Assembly (NCBI GenBank): GCA_905178155.1
Contig: CAJINV010000003.1
Span: 11,821,105-11,885,104, forward strand
Length of the DNA: 64,000 nt
DNA from: Amoebophrya sp. A120
Lineage: Eukaryota > Protista > Dinoflagellata
Direction of reading: 5' to 3'
This document shows positions 25,363-37,126 of the stretch, in pieces; position 1 is the first letter of the stretch, and the number at the start of each line of letters is the position of its first letter. The position numbers and the translations under genes are program-made. The notes below the pieces were generated by a model. It did not search any database. It was not told the DNA's origin and saw only the letters and a program-made list of their open reading frames with translations.

Positions 25363-28300
25363 CTAGTTTGGCTCGGGCGGGCTACGGCTGGCACTCGGCT
25401 CCTTCGTTTTATTCGTGTTGCCCATCGGTGCTGCAATAGTTGCCGCGGTGGGTTGTACTGCTACCGGTGTCACCGTGTGTCTTCCGTCGTCTGTATGCGT
25501 TGTGATAACACTGGCACCGCTAAAAACTACCCCACCGTTGCCCGCGTGATTAGTTCGATGGTCCCTGCTACTGCCATTGCTCCTCTTCTCTTGCATTTTC
25601 TTAAACCCGTAGACCGCGAAAATCGGGCCGATTACCTGGTTCACGCACACCACCGCGATCACCACATCGCAAACCTCCTGGCCCCAGTTCGGAAAAATCG
25701 CGACCGTTTCCAGTGCCAGACCCAGACTGACCCCTGCCTGCGAAAGCATGGTGAACCCGAGGTACTGGCGCAGTTTTGGATCAGAGTTGTTATTTCGCAC
25801 GTTGTTCCCTGCTGCAGCTGGACCTGCTTGACCCCCGTTATTCAAAAACGCTCCTGCTTCATTCAAATTGCTGTAGCCGTTGGTTGTGCCACTATTGCCG
25901 TAAAAAAACGTCGCCTCCGAGACCGCCACACCTAAGTTGCAGGCAACTAAAATCGCCACAGTTCGCAAGGCGAAGACGACCAGCGCCGTGTCCAGCAGGG
26001 AGGCCATCACCAGCAGTCGCAAGCTTGCTCCGGTAACCGTGAAAAAAGGCAGAAACACGTGCGGGGTGAAGGTGGTGATCACTTCGGCAACCTCCGCGCG
26101 GATCTCCGGGTCGTGGCCGACCACGCAGGCGAGTATCGAGCAGATCAGCAGGGGCTCCAGCCGCAAAACCCCCTCCGTCGCTGCGCTACCGCGGTCGCAA
26201 ATCTCAAACACCGCCACAACGAACAGGAAAAAGGATGACGCGCGGGGGTACAGCCAGCGGTTTTGGGAAGCCTGCTGCCCGGCCGTCTCGCTGTTAGTCA
26301 GGCTGTCACGGCGGAAGGTGGCGCGCAGATTACCGATCTGCGCGGTGTCGTCGTTGAAAGCAGTGGTAGGGTCGGCCATCTGATACAGTGTTACGAAGAT
26401 TTTTTGGTCATAGCAAAATCGATTTTATCCTGATCATGCTGTACAGACAATGATACTTGCGCGAACATCAAATGCATGATGCAAACACACAACGTTTAGG
26501 AAAAAATCTTGCCAAAATTTCATACCAGACTCCCCTCCCGACTGGTCGGCGCTTGCGGTTGCTGGGACAAAAAAGCGCCGAGATTTGCCTCCAATCGCGC
26601 TCTCTCCTCTTCGGTAAAATGCTGGGACAGGGCTGTCAGCCTCGCCCGGTCGTATTCCCCTGCTGGTTCGCCTGCTCCCGTGGTGTCGCTCCCCGGCGCC
26701 TCTTGCCGCTGCAATTTGCCCGCAATTCGCTTGTACAGGAGCTCGTCGTGGTCCTCGCGAAAGTCGAGCTGCGTTATCGGCGGAAAGATGGTCAAATTTG
26801 TCGCATCGAAGTCCTCCTCTTCCTGTCCCTCTTCCTCGCTCGAGGCTATCGCGAGCAACGCGCGGTCTTGCTCCTTCCGCTCCCTGGTTGGTCGGCTGCT
26901 TTCGGGGTGGTTCGTTTCGGACTCTCCGTTTCTTGTGCCTTTTTCATCTCCTTTCTGCACAAGAGCCCCAGCACCAGTTGATGTAGTTGTTCCTTTTACC
27001 TTGCTGCTCCGCCGCGCCTTACTTACGGTTTTTCGCAGCTCTGATCCAGACGAGGTCGTTCGAAACAACAGCACCCGGTACATTTTGCGAAACAAAAACC
27101 CGAATACAACGCCGATGAGAACCGAGCCGCCAATGGTGATGGTCAAATCGCGGCACAAATGCAGCGACGCTTGCCCGAAATCTTTCGTCGTCCACTTGTG
27201 CGGCTTCGGCAGTCGAAAATTCTTCACCGGTTTAGGCGGCGGGGCGCGGGTGTTGTGGAAAGGAAGGAGGTTGGAGAAAAACGACATCTCTACTCCTGTG
27301 CCGGATTCGGAAGGGCCGGCCGCGGTTCGAGTTGGTTGCTCAACTTGAAGAACCTTCCCGGAGCCAGCGGCCTCTTGCTGCAGCGATAGCAAGCTCATAG
27401 AACTTGATGTCGATGCGTCGCCGCTTTCGCCTCCCGAACTGCTCTTCCCCGAATGCTTCTCCGATCGACGTAGCTTTGCGTCTTTCTGTTCCTTCGATTT
27501 CACTTGCTTTTCCGTAGTGCCGCTGTTGCTCTGCTCGATGATGGGCGTCTGCTTCTTTTTCCTTCCTGATTTAGAAGAAGCTGTTGAATCTCCACGACCT
27601 GGCGCTTCCGTACTACTCGCTGTAGTTTCCTCCTCTACTTCTTCCTGCACCTCTTCCGGTGGGGGCGACGCCACCTCGGCCACCTCGACGTCTTTGTGTT
27701 TGTTCGCACTGGAGCTGCTGCCCGCCGAGGAGGATCCAGCTTCTTTCTCACCCGACTCTCCTCCGCTGCCACTTCCACTCGCGCCGTCTTCGCGCCCATT
27801 CGCTAAACTCACCTCGTGGGCCATCGCGACGCGGATGATACTGCACACCATGGAGAACACGAACAAGACCGCTAAATCCGAAGCGATGGCCGTGACCAGC
27901 ACGATCCGCAGTCTCTCCCGCTCGAACTCCAGCGGGTCGAACAGTTTCAGCTGGTTGCAGATCGCGAACAAAGTGGTCGGACTCCTCGCCACCATAATCG
28001 CCCCCATCAGCATGCACGCGAGCATCCCGGGCGGCTTGGTGCTGTCGTAGGGGGAGTAGGGGAACAGGTGCAACAGCCACCCGCCGAGTCCGACGATCAG
28101 GACCGTGAAAATGGTCATGGAAAAGACCAACACTAAGACCGTTTTCCCGACCTTCCCCTGCATTTTCGGCAGATACACCTCGAGACCAGCAGTAATGGCG
28201 ATGAAACTTAAACAAATCCGGTTCAAATCCCGCTGGATCAAGTACACTGCAAACCGGGACAGCAAATTGGTTCCGAACGGGCCCAGGACGATGCCCATTA

Positions 28301-29333
28301 AGAGGAAGCCCGTGATCTCGGGCAGGAGTCCGTAGGTCGCCGGGTTGATGTACTGCCCCAAAACGAAGCTGCTCGACGAAGCGACGATAAACGCGAGGAT
28401 GACGTCGCGGTAGTCGCCTAACGCTGTGAAGTGTCCGGTGCAAAAGGATCCTCGCGCTCGTTTCTTTTTTACCAGTCGCTCAATACAGCAAAGCAAATTC
28501 CTTCCCTTCTACTGCTTTTTTGAACATGGCAAGTCATTTCATTTTGGTTCTTCTTCAGCTTGCAAACATACCTTTTGTGTCGTGTATGCAATTGATCCTC
28601 GAGTACGATTGAGATTGTTTTGCACTTTTCATACGAACGTCTCCCCAGCGGTGATGGTCACGTCTTCCACCCAGAAGCAGCTGTCTTCCAAAAAGATCTG
28701 CAAGTCGTAGGTGCCCCGAAATACGTCGACGGGAATGGGTTCGGACCGCGTGAATTCCAACGCGAAGGGCTCGAAGAAGTCGAGGGAGCAGTCTTTGGGC
28801 TGGCTCGTAGACGATCCTTCTGACCCCATACCGGATGAAGTAGGTGCTGCGAGTAGTGAAGATCCTTGTTCGGAGTCTCCAGCTGCTGCTCCTTGTGACC
28901 CACTAGAGGTGCTTCCATAAGTAGAAGTCTCTCGTCCACCCGCATCTCCTTCTGCGGTCGTTGTCAACAAATCGCACAGCGAGCCCGTGAAGTCGTACAC
29001 ACTCATGCAGTCTTGGTAGCGGCGGCAGAAGAAGACGTGGACGTGGAACTTGCCGAGTTTGTCGATGCGCTCGTTGGAAATGCCGAAAAGCTTGATCCGC
29101 AAATCCTGGGCGGTCTGAATCGTGCTCGGCTCGTGCTCCACGCGTACCAACCGGAGCTTCGGCGCGTACAACGCGCCCGTGGTGTGGCACGGGGTCACGT
29201 GCATCGCCGGGAGCAGCATAGGGAACAGGCATAGCACCAGGACGTGGCGGAGGGGCGGCGGACGGGAAGTTGGGGAGGTGCGCATTTTGATCTTGTGTTG
29301 GGGTTGGGTTCTTGGTGAAATAACTGGCATCAC
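25363..29333 (-). CDS. Cation:proton antiporter (Na+/H+ exchanger, CPA2-like) with N-terminal extension
   Basis: LPEITGFLLMGIVLGP, ARSPT, FLPFFTVTGASL, MLSQAGVSLGLA and VNQVIGP motifs. GT-AG intron 26380-26525. 5' exon 28634..29333 joins via degenerate element 28432-28633. Confidence 0.8.
28432..28633. mobile_element. Degenerate introner
   Basis: Partial TIR (gtgcaaaa..atc); flanks tgaag/cgaac; removal plus 5 bp gives GETF-TALGDY in frame. Confidence 0.5.
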
Positions 29334-29689
29334 GATAAACCGAGCCAGTAGTCAGCACTAGCCATTTCGGCAACACTCGAACAGGAGAAGCTCCCTCAGA
29401 CTCGCACCGAGGAAGATTATCACGCCTTCGCTCGTGTGATGTTTCATTCCGCGCACAGAATACTGAGCTCTCTGTCTTTTGTGCTCTGATTCCCCCCTCC
29501 CGGAACTCTCTCTTGGCAGCCTGGTTGTGGTTGCACACAAGCACACCAGTTTTTTTTTACACGGAATCGCGATGCAATGTGTGCGTGTGCGCGGTGCTAC
29601 ATCTTCGAGCCAAGCAGGATATTGGAAAGCGCGCTGTGCCGCGCAAAAAGACTGCGCAACCAGCTCCGCAGGAGCCGCAGTGTGCCGCG

Positions 29690-30650
29690 CGCCCACGCGC
29701 CAAAAATGACCCGGACCGCCCGAAAAGTGACCAGGGTCGAGCGAGACCAAAACGCCCCCGCCCGGCGCGCAACCGGCCCGGCGGTCGGTTCTGCCTTTAA
29801 AGGCCCCGGCGGGTACTTACTGCGGCCCGGCACTTTCTGTGGGTGCGCCGCGCTCCGCGAAGCTCGGGGCCGGCGCGAAGCGCTTCGGCGGCCCTAGGAC
29901 TTCCCGGGCCCTGGGAAAAGCCACCGGGCGCCCGCCAGCAGCCAAAGGGCGGCGCGCCTCTTACTGTGCGTGGCGCGGCTGCGGCAATGCGGCGGGGAGG
30001 GGGTCTGACCCTTCTCCTCCGTCGGTTTCTCCGCGCTCTGACTGCTTGCGCAGTTGCGGACTGCGTCTCCGAAATCGACGCGCCGCGCAGGACGCTCTGC
30101 AAGAAAGGCCGAAGCGCCTAAGGTCTCGGAGCGGCGCCGCGCCACAATCATCGCTGCCCGGTCGCGCCCGGGGCGGCCGCGAGGTGCGCTGCGCCCCCTT
30201 TGCGGAGAGACAGGAAAGCGCGAGCACGCGTGAGGGCGTGCTCGCCCACACAGCGAGCAGAAGCTCAGCGGGCCTTCCGATGCCTGCGTGCGCGCGGTGC
30301 GCGGGCTTCATAGGGCGCCACCTTGGGAAAGGCTTCCAGGGGAATGGGCAGAAAGGGCGCCGGGCAATTCGCCGGGCCGCGAAATTCAAAGAGGGCGCAG
30401 GGCCGCAGGCCGTCGCGCTGTGGCGGGGTTGCCGGTTACGGAAATTGCAATCACAATTGGTAAAAAAGCTGCGGGCTGCAAAGCGATGCGCTTGCTTGTC
30501 GCCCGCGCCGCTTCCCGGGTGCGCCCGTCGGCGGCCCGATCATCCTTTTCTTCTGCGAAGCGTGCCGCAACCGTTGCCCCCGGCAACCCCCAGAAACAGA
30601 ACAAGCCTGCGCGCAGCAGTTTCGAAAAGCGACGCGCCGCACCTCGAGCG
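29690..30650. repeat. Very GC-rich, non-coding, probable transposon-derived segment
   Basis: Abrupt GC rise; overlapping Arg/Ala/Pro ORFs in all frames with no motifs; short motif shared in inverted orientation with 33291. Confidence 0.35.
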
Positions 30651-31030
30651 CCGCGCTTGGTTGCCATCTTGATACCGTTGACGCCTAAGTACTTGCGCTT
30701 GTAAACAAGGCGAGTGCAGCTGTTCCTGATCCTGTTGTCACGGTGCTCATTAAATAAACGTAGCAACAACGCTTCACGAAAAAACGCACTCCTCTACTCC
30801 GCACCGAACCAGATGACTGCAACAACATGCGGAATGATTTCGCACACGCCACCAGGTTGCTACGACCACTGTCAAACACCGCTCTGCTTGTATCCGCCTT
30901 GGGAAACATACATGTACCGCCTCACGTCGGAATTCTCAGACTGCCCGCTCCGCGATTGCACCTCTTGAAGTAGAAGTCTCCTCAATCACACCTCTCTTCG
31001 TCGTTGCGTACCACTACGCAGCTGAAGCAT
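30640..31030 (-). pseudogene. Possible degenerate histone H4-like relic
   Basis: Translation QRRREV*LR...DVRRY..GGYKQSG...DNRIRNSCT...KRK...ATKRGAR is colinear with H4 motifs; in-frame TGA. Confidence 0.35.
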
Positions 31031-31276
31031 TGATCGGAGTCTCCGAACACATAGACCACCCGCGAAGAGCCAGCGTCCACTTTGCACAGCCGTGCTAACT
31101 AACTAAAGCATCTTTTATTCAAGATTGCTTTTTTAAGGCGTATTCATTGCCACGCAGAAAAACAACTTCCACTATTTATTTGTTGCGTGTGCTGCGGCTT
31201 CATTTCGTCCTTCCGTCATTGAGCAACCGGCGCACATCAACAAAATGAGTTCCGACAGCCATTCTCCCCTGCCCCG

Positions 31277-32988
31277 TCACACCGTTTCACCCAGCCTCTG
31301 CCCGGCGCCTGCGAAGGGTTGAAACTGCGTCCCGCCAGCCCCCGGAAGCATCGGCTGTTGCGCCGGAACGTTGTTGCCTGTTTGCGACGGTGCACCTCCG
31401 GATCCACCTCCCACGCCTGACGAAGCAGCGGCTGCGCCACTTGGTCCGCTAGTCGGCGGCCCGCCGTCTAGTCTCTGGCCCGTCCCTCCAAAGAGGCCGG
31501 ACACGCCGGTGAGCTGCCCGGGAACTGGCTGGTACGGCGTTTGGCCACTTGGCTGCACAATGCCGACTATGCATTGCAAACACGTCTGGGTCTCGAGGAA
31601 TGTCATGCCGACGCTTCGCTATCTGTCTTGCACGACCAGCACGAAGTCCTCACATTTCGCGTGGCGAAATGGCATAGTTCTCTCATGCGTAGCAGTAGCC
31701 AGAAAGATGTCTTCTTGAAACTGGACATACTCATGCGTGCATCACAGAAAACCATCGGAGAAATGGAAAAGCTGTTTCACGAACCAGCAACACACTCTTC
31801 CGGACCCAATCATTTTTCAAGTTCATCTTCATACCGTTCTGGACGTAGGCGCCCGGTCGGCTTTGCGGTGACACCGGCATGTCCAGCACGTTGGGGAATT
31901 GGGGCTGCATCGCGATGTGCAGTTTAATCACCTGCCAGCCGTGGTAGCACGCGAACACCTGCACCAGTCCCGCAACAAGAATGATAATCGGTTCGAAGCA
32001 GAGGATGGAAAAGGTGCAAGGTACGAGCGACCCGAGCTTGCTGATCAGACTGAACGTCAGCGCGAGGTCGCAGAAACCGCTGCGGTATGGAATGCAAACA
32101 ACTACTCAAGGTCAGGAAAGCTGTCTCGCGAAGTTTCAATCACTTGCAGAGAATTCTACTTGATCCGCAAGTTTTGAAGCACCGACGGAGAATTTTAGCA
32201 CGGTACAGCTTTTTATTGCAAAGACCGCTTCATCACAAATGATCGTGTCCGTAGTACATGAACGCTCAAGTTGTACCAGGAAAGATTCATTGGGCCCTAG
32301 TGTGAGACGGCTATTTTCGAACTTTTTACCCTTTTGCAAACCGGGATGTAGACACCGCTTCCTTCCAGACGAGCTAAGCGCACACGACCACGAGTCATGT
32401 TTGCATGGTTGCATACGAATCCCCAAATGATACAGCACCAGGGCAGGCAACGCATACCGCCGCCGTAGAAAAACTGAAGGCAGCCGTCCTTGAAAAGTGT
32501 GTTCCAGCAGCCAATGAAAGTCTCGTCATCTTTCAAGAGGAATACACCTGGGTGAGACAAATTTTTTCCAAGTTATTACATGTATCGCATGCCTCCGACG
32601 GATATGAAAGCAAAAGTGCGTCAGCGACAAGTGGGGTGTGTCTAAGTTTGGCACTTACCTGCAACGGAGCTGAGCAGCAGATTGAGAAAGCCCGCGACAT
32701 CGGCGGACAGGATTCGTAGTACCGCGAGAACCCACATGAGCAACTATCGAAGCGCAACGTGGAGTCAAGTCACGTAAAGACCCTGTGAATCTTCGTGCAC
32801 GGAGCTCATGAGCGAAAACTGGCGCTGCAAAGTTAGTACATACTCCTCCTGCATCGCATGAAGTGACTTGACTCAAGATTTTGCTTCGATAGTAGGACGA
32901 GGTACTTCAGATACTTGAAGCGCTCAACCACCTCCGGTGTCATGGGCCCATCCGGTAGCCCCCCGCCGAGAGACAGCGGAACGACCAT
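31277..32988 (-). CDS. Multi-exon small membrane protein with two C-terminal SHP (p97/Cdc48-binding) boxes
   Basis: Exons MVVPLSL..., LLMWVLAVLRIL...VAG|gtaagt, cag|GVFLLKDD...CIIWGF|gtatg, ...IIILVAGLVQVF...; C-terminus FGGTGQRL and FAGAGQRLG. Confidence 0.65.
32745..32891. mobile_element. Introner-derived intron
   Basis: TIR tatcgaagc....gagtcaagtcac at both ends; TSD lost; GT-AG reading possible. Confidence 0.6.
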
Positions 32989-33239
32989 TATTCCGCACGC
33001 CCGGCCGTGGTGCTGCGTATGAGCCACTCCGCACTCTATTGTGCTGAGAAATACGATCACGCTCCAGGTCCGCGCAAATCAGTCACGCGCTCTGCCACCA
33101 AGCCCTTTCCTCATCAAAACTTGGCGAACGAATCCTACCGCTCAACCGCGCTCTCCACGAGCTAGCATTAACTCTCGGAGAAAACGCGCCCGCGCCAGCC
33201 CCCGGCATTAATAATCGGGATCTTGACTTACTTTCCTCT

Positions 33240-36180
33240 CAAGCGGCGCGCGAGCCACTCTTTACGCCGTGCCGAGATGACGCGCCGACACAGTAAATGT
33301 ACGCGCCCCCCGGCCTTAAAGCGGCCCGGCCTGGCGCACGCGCAAAGGAGGGGCGCGGGGGCGGCGGCCGCAGGGGGGTAATACCGGGCGGGACCGGTGT
33401 GCAACCGTGTGCGCGCGGAAGCGGCCGGCTAGGCCGCGGTCTTGCAAAAAGGCCGGCGGGCGCGGAGGAAAGCGCTTGGCGGCGGCGCGACCGGCCCCGG
33501 GCCGTTGGTGAATTCCTCGAGGGTGTCTGGCCGCCTGTATTGGGCCATGTCGTGCTGCGCCGCCGGCTCGCCCGCGCGCTTTTTCCGGGGCGCTTGCTCT
33601 CGGAGGCCGCACTAAATCCCGCCGGCGGTTGGCGCCGATGCTGCCACTCATTCGGGCGCGCAGCAAGCGCGCGGCGTTTCGTGTATCGCCCCACAGCGGA
33701 AGGGCCCTTGCGCTGCGTGCGGTTGGCCCGGAGAAACTCGGGCCGCAAAGCTTGGCGGCGAGCAAGGGGGCACCGCCCAGGTTGTTTGATAACACTGCGC
33801 ACATAGACCCCCAAGTGCGGCGCCCGTATTGGGTGCAGAATCTACTAAAAACGCAAACGATGCAAAGCAGGGCTAGGAGCCGCCTTTCCCGGATTGTTAA
33901 GCCCATTTGCGGTGGGCGGGCACAGGGCGTGCAGAAAAGGAAGGACGGAAACAGCTGCGGCTGGCGCGTCCTCCGCGAGACGCGAACTGAGCAGTCCTGC
34001 GGTAGGCTGCGCATTTACGATCCTGGCCTGTCAAAGGGAAAGGGAAGGACTAGGGGGGGGGGGGTCCACCAAGCAAATCGGACAAAGGAACCAAAGACGC
34101 ACTTTCTGGATGGGTAGAGTAGGGCTGTGATGAGCTAACGTAGCACACTTAGGGGCCCGGTCTACTTTGGACAAGGGCACACACTGGAAGACGATGGAGA
34201 GTGCACTACTTCAATAAAAAACAAAAAAAGTCGAAAAGTGCCAAACTGGAAAAAACTTCTGAAAAACGTTCAGAAAAGGTCGCGCGTGTTTATATCAGTG
34301 GATTGCTCCAGGTCAAAGGCGTTTCATATTGCACACTTTTCCAGCTTGCTAATTTTTTCAGATTTTTCTAAATTCTGAAAAATAATTATTTATTTTTTAA
34401 ATTTGAGAAAAGTAGCAAATGCCTATAATTTACCAGTAATATAATAGGTAAAAAATCTGACACAGTGAGCACTTGGCGCATGCTGTTCATACTATGTGCC
34501 CAATTAGCAAAGTTTCAAGCTCCCACAAAAATACACAAAAAAAAATTGCACTGATCAAAGTTGGCGGAAGTCACTTAAAAGCAGCATGGAAGCAGGTTAA
34601 TATAGGTCAATCTGTATGGTTTTAGCTATTTGCCCTATATTAGAAGCGCGACGCTCCTTGAAATCTGGCAAACATCTCCTGACTTCTTAAATTCAAAAAA
34701 TATTAAAAAATGGGAACTATGAAAAAATGCAAAAAAATCCCAATTTTGCATGCGTGTGAGCCTGCGAATGCGCGGGGTTTGATTGGCCCAGGCCGGGCCA
34801 GATCCGCAGCCGGCTGGTGCCCAGGGGGGGCAAGCGGATGCGCAGGGGCGGGCAGTCTATTGCCCGGGGCGGTCTATGGTTGACCCCTTCGGGGCCATGT
34901 TCGTCGGGCTGGCTTGCCCCGGGGCCTTCTGGCCCTTCCATGGATGCTGGTCGCCCTGCTTTGTGTTGCAGGCTTCTGATCCCAGGACGGCCTGCCCCAT
35001 CGCAGGCATCCTGGTGATTCCGATCCCCGGATCGGGCTTGCAAGATCGGGCGCGGAGCTCGATCTCGATGGGCAGCAGGGAAAGCTGTTCCAGATGCATT
35101 CGTGCTCTGGCCGGTTTTCGTTTTTTCCCCACCCACCCTGCCCTGTTTGTCGTGGTCCTTTTGCTGAGGTTCGTTTCGCAGGACTTGTTGCGCCCCGGTG
35201 GCTTGTCCACCGCGGGGTGCGCAGTGCAGTGCCCTTTGGCAGCGTCTTGGCGCGCTCGCTTTCGCCCGTTTGCGATGTTTTTGCTGGGGCCTTTTGGTGC
35301 TCTCTGGTTTGAGTTTTGCCCCACCGCCGGGACGCGGCTTTGGAGCCGTCCCGGCCTTCGCGTGTTCGCGTTCGGGCGACCGCGACTGCGCTTCGGCGCT
35401 GCCATCGGGCGCTGTGCTTATTCGGGACCAGACGGTCCTGCGGACTGTGCCACGGCTGGAGCCAATAAAAGCTAAGACAATACAGACTATATAGGAAAGT
35501 GATGGGATAATTTGGAGCGTTTAGTCATCTTACAGAGTCAAGCTCCAAAGTATATTAAAGATTTTTCAAAATTCAGGAAATTGCGAAAAATTCCAAAAAT
35601 TCATGAACTACCATAGTGGGCAAATATATCAACGAATATCGGAGATTATGGATTTGCGAAGGTATCTTAGTGCAATGACAAAGCTTGCTGCTGCTGAGTG
35701 TTCGTTATTTAATTGGGCATGATATAAGCTACGGGATCCTGGAAAAGTCCAAAAATTTCGAACGTCAGTTTTACAGAAAATATCACAAAGCATCCTTCCA
35801 GATATGGGCTCATGGATGGCCCAAGGGGCCACAGTGCCAGTTTTTTGCATGTTACAAGCGCAATCTGCCTTGCATGTGTCCCATTTCCGCGCCTCCGTCC
35901 TCGCCTGGCTCTCCGGATCGACGACCCCGCCGCCCTCCTCATCCCTCTTCCCCCCCCCCCCCCCTCTCTCCCGCCGCCGTGCATGGCGAAAAAACTGGCG
36001 GCGTCGGTGCGGAATCCCAGGAGAGAGGCGTCTTCCGGGTGTCGCCCGCGGTCCGCCGGAAGGGCGGCCTGCGGGGCCCATCCCGCGTGATATCTCGAAA
36101 CGACGGAACCAACCCACAGTCGATAGCGCCGCGCGTAGGTAGCGCGGGGCCCCACCTTGAACGCGGACCGGCATGGCCTT
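33240..36180. repeat. Non-coding mosaic of GC-rich and AT-rich blocks; probable DNA-transposon relics at the strand switch
   Basis: Alternating extreme composition; imperfect inverted ends ggggcccggtctac (~34152) / gtagcgcggggcccc (~36139); no credible ORF. Confidence 0.35.
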
Positions 36181-37126
36181 TCCCGTGCATTGTGGATCCA
36201 CTGCTCTCGTCTGGTCGTTTCGTTTCACGTGCGCCGGACGCTATGATGGATTGTCGCTTTTACCTGTTGTACACTGGACACTACTCTCGGTCGCATCAAC
36301 AGAAAGTGGAACGTCGCAAAAGATCGGTGACTGTGTCGGTAACAATAGTGTAGCTGCGAGACAATCAAAGGCAGTGCGTGTACGGCGTGGCGCACTTCGT
36401 GTCAGTACGACGTCGGTGCTTTCTGAATCGAGTCCTTGTCGTGGCGAAAAGAAAGGTCGTGGCTCCAGTCGCCTGTCTCATCATGATCATCTATCCGGCC
36501 CTGTGGTCTTTTGGCGTTTCGTGCAACGGGTGGTGGATTCGTTCTACAGGAGATGCTGCTAGTAGGCGTGTCTTCTTATACTGGCTTGTGATACTTGTGA
36601 CACTGTTGAAAATTCTGGGTGAGCCACCGGATTCTTGCGCTACCTTTGTAAGGTTGATGAGTGACTATGCGCCGCCTGCGGGGGGTGAGGCTAGAGGAGA
36701 GCGAATGTAAAGCACAAGACCTACATAACTCACAAAAAAGTCTTGGCAGTCTTTGGATTTGAGGTGAACAGCTACAGGAATAAAAAGACACCGTATTACT
36801 TTTACGGGAGGCCGCTCCGTGCTTTTCAGGTTGAGGGCTAGTGCTGGTCAGGCGGGATAGATATATTCTTTCTGAAGTTGGCCGGCACGCCGTTATTGGC
36901 AGGCAGGCTTGTACGCAGGGGCACTTACCTAGCAACTGCTGTTCATTGTGCGGCTCATGTAATTTAGATGCGAGGGCACAAGAGACCCCCGGTCGGGGGT
37001 AAAAAAACATACGGTGCGCGGGCAATGAAAACTCGTGCCCACTCTGGATGTCGCAGGACAGGACCGCCGCACGACGACCGGCAGTGAGGATCAAACCTGG
37101 CTGCATGCGCGAGCAGCGACACCCGC

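Noticed and set aside
30660-30880. Histone H3/CENP-A reading of EALLLRLF
   Set aside because: Needs a stop codon and an insertion; the H4 alignment explains more motifs in order.
29839-36353. Arg/Ala/Pro-rich ORFs of 150-280 aa in the GC-rich blocks
   Set aside because: Open in many frames at once because of high GC; no motifs and no transposase or RT signature.
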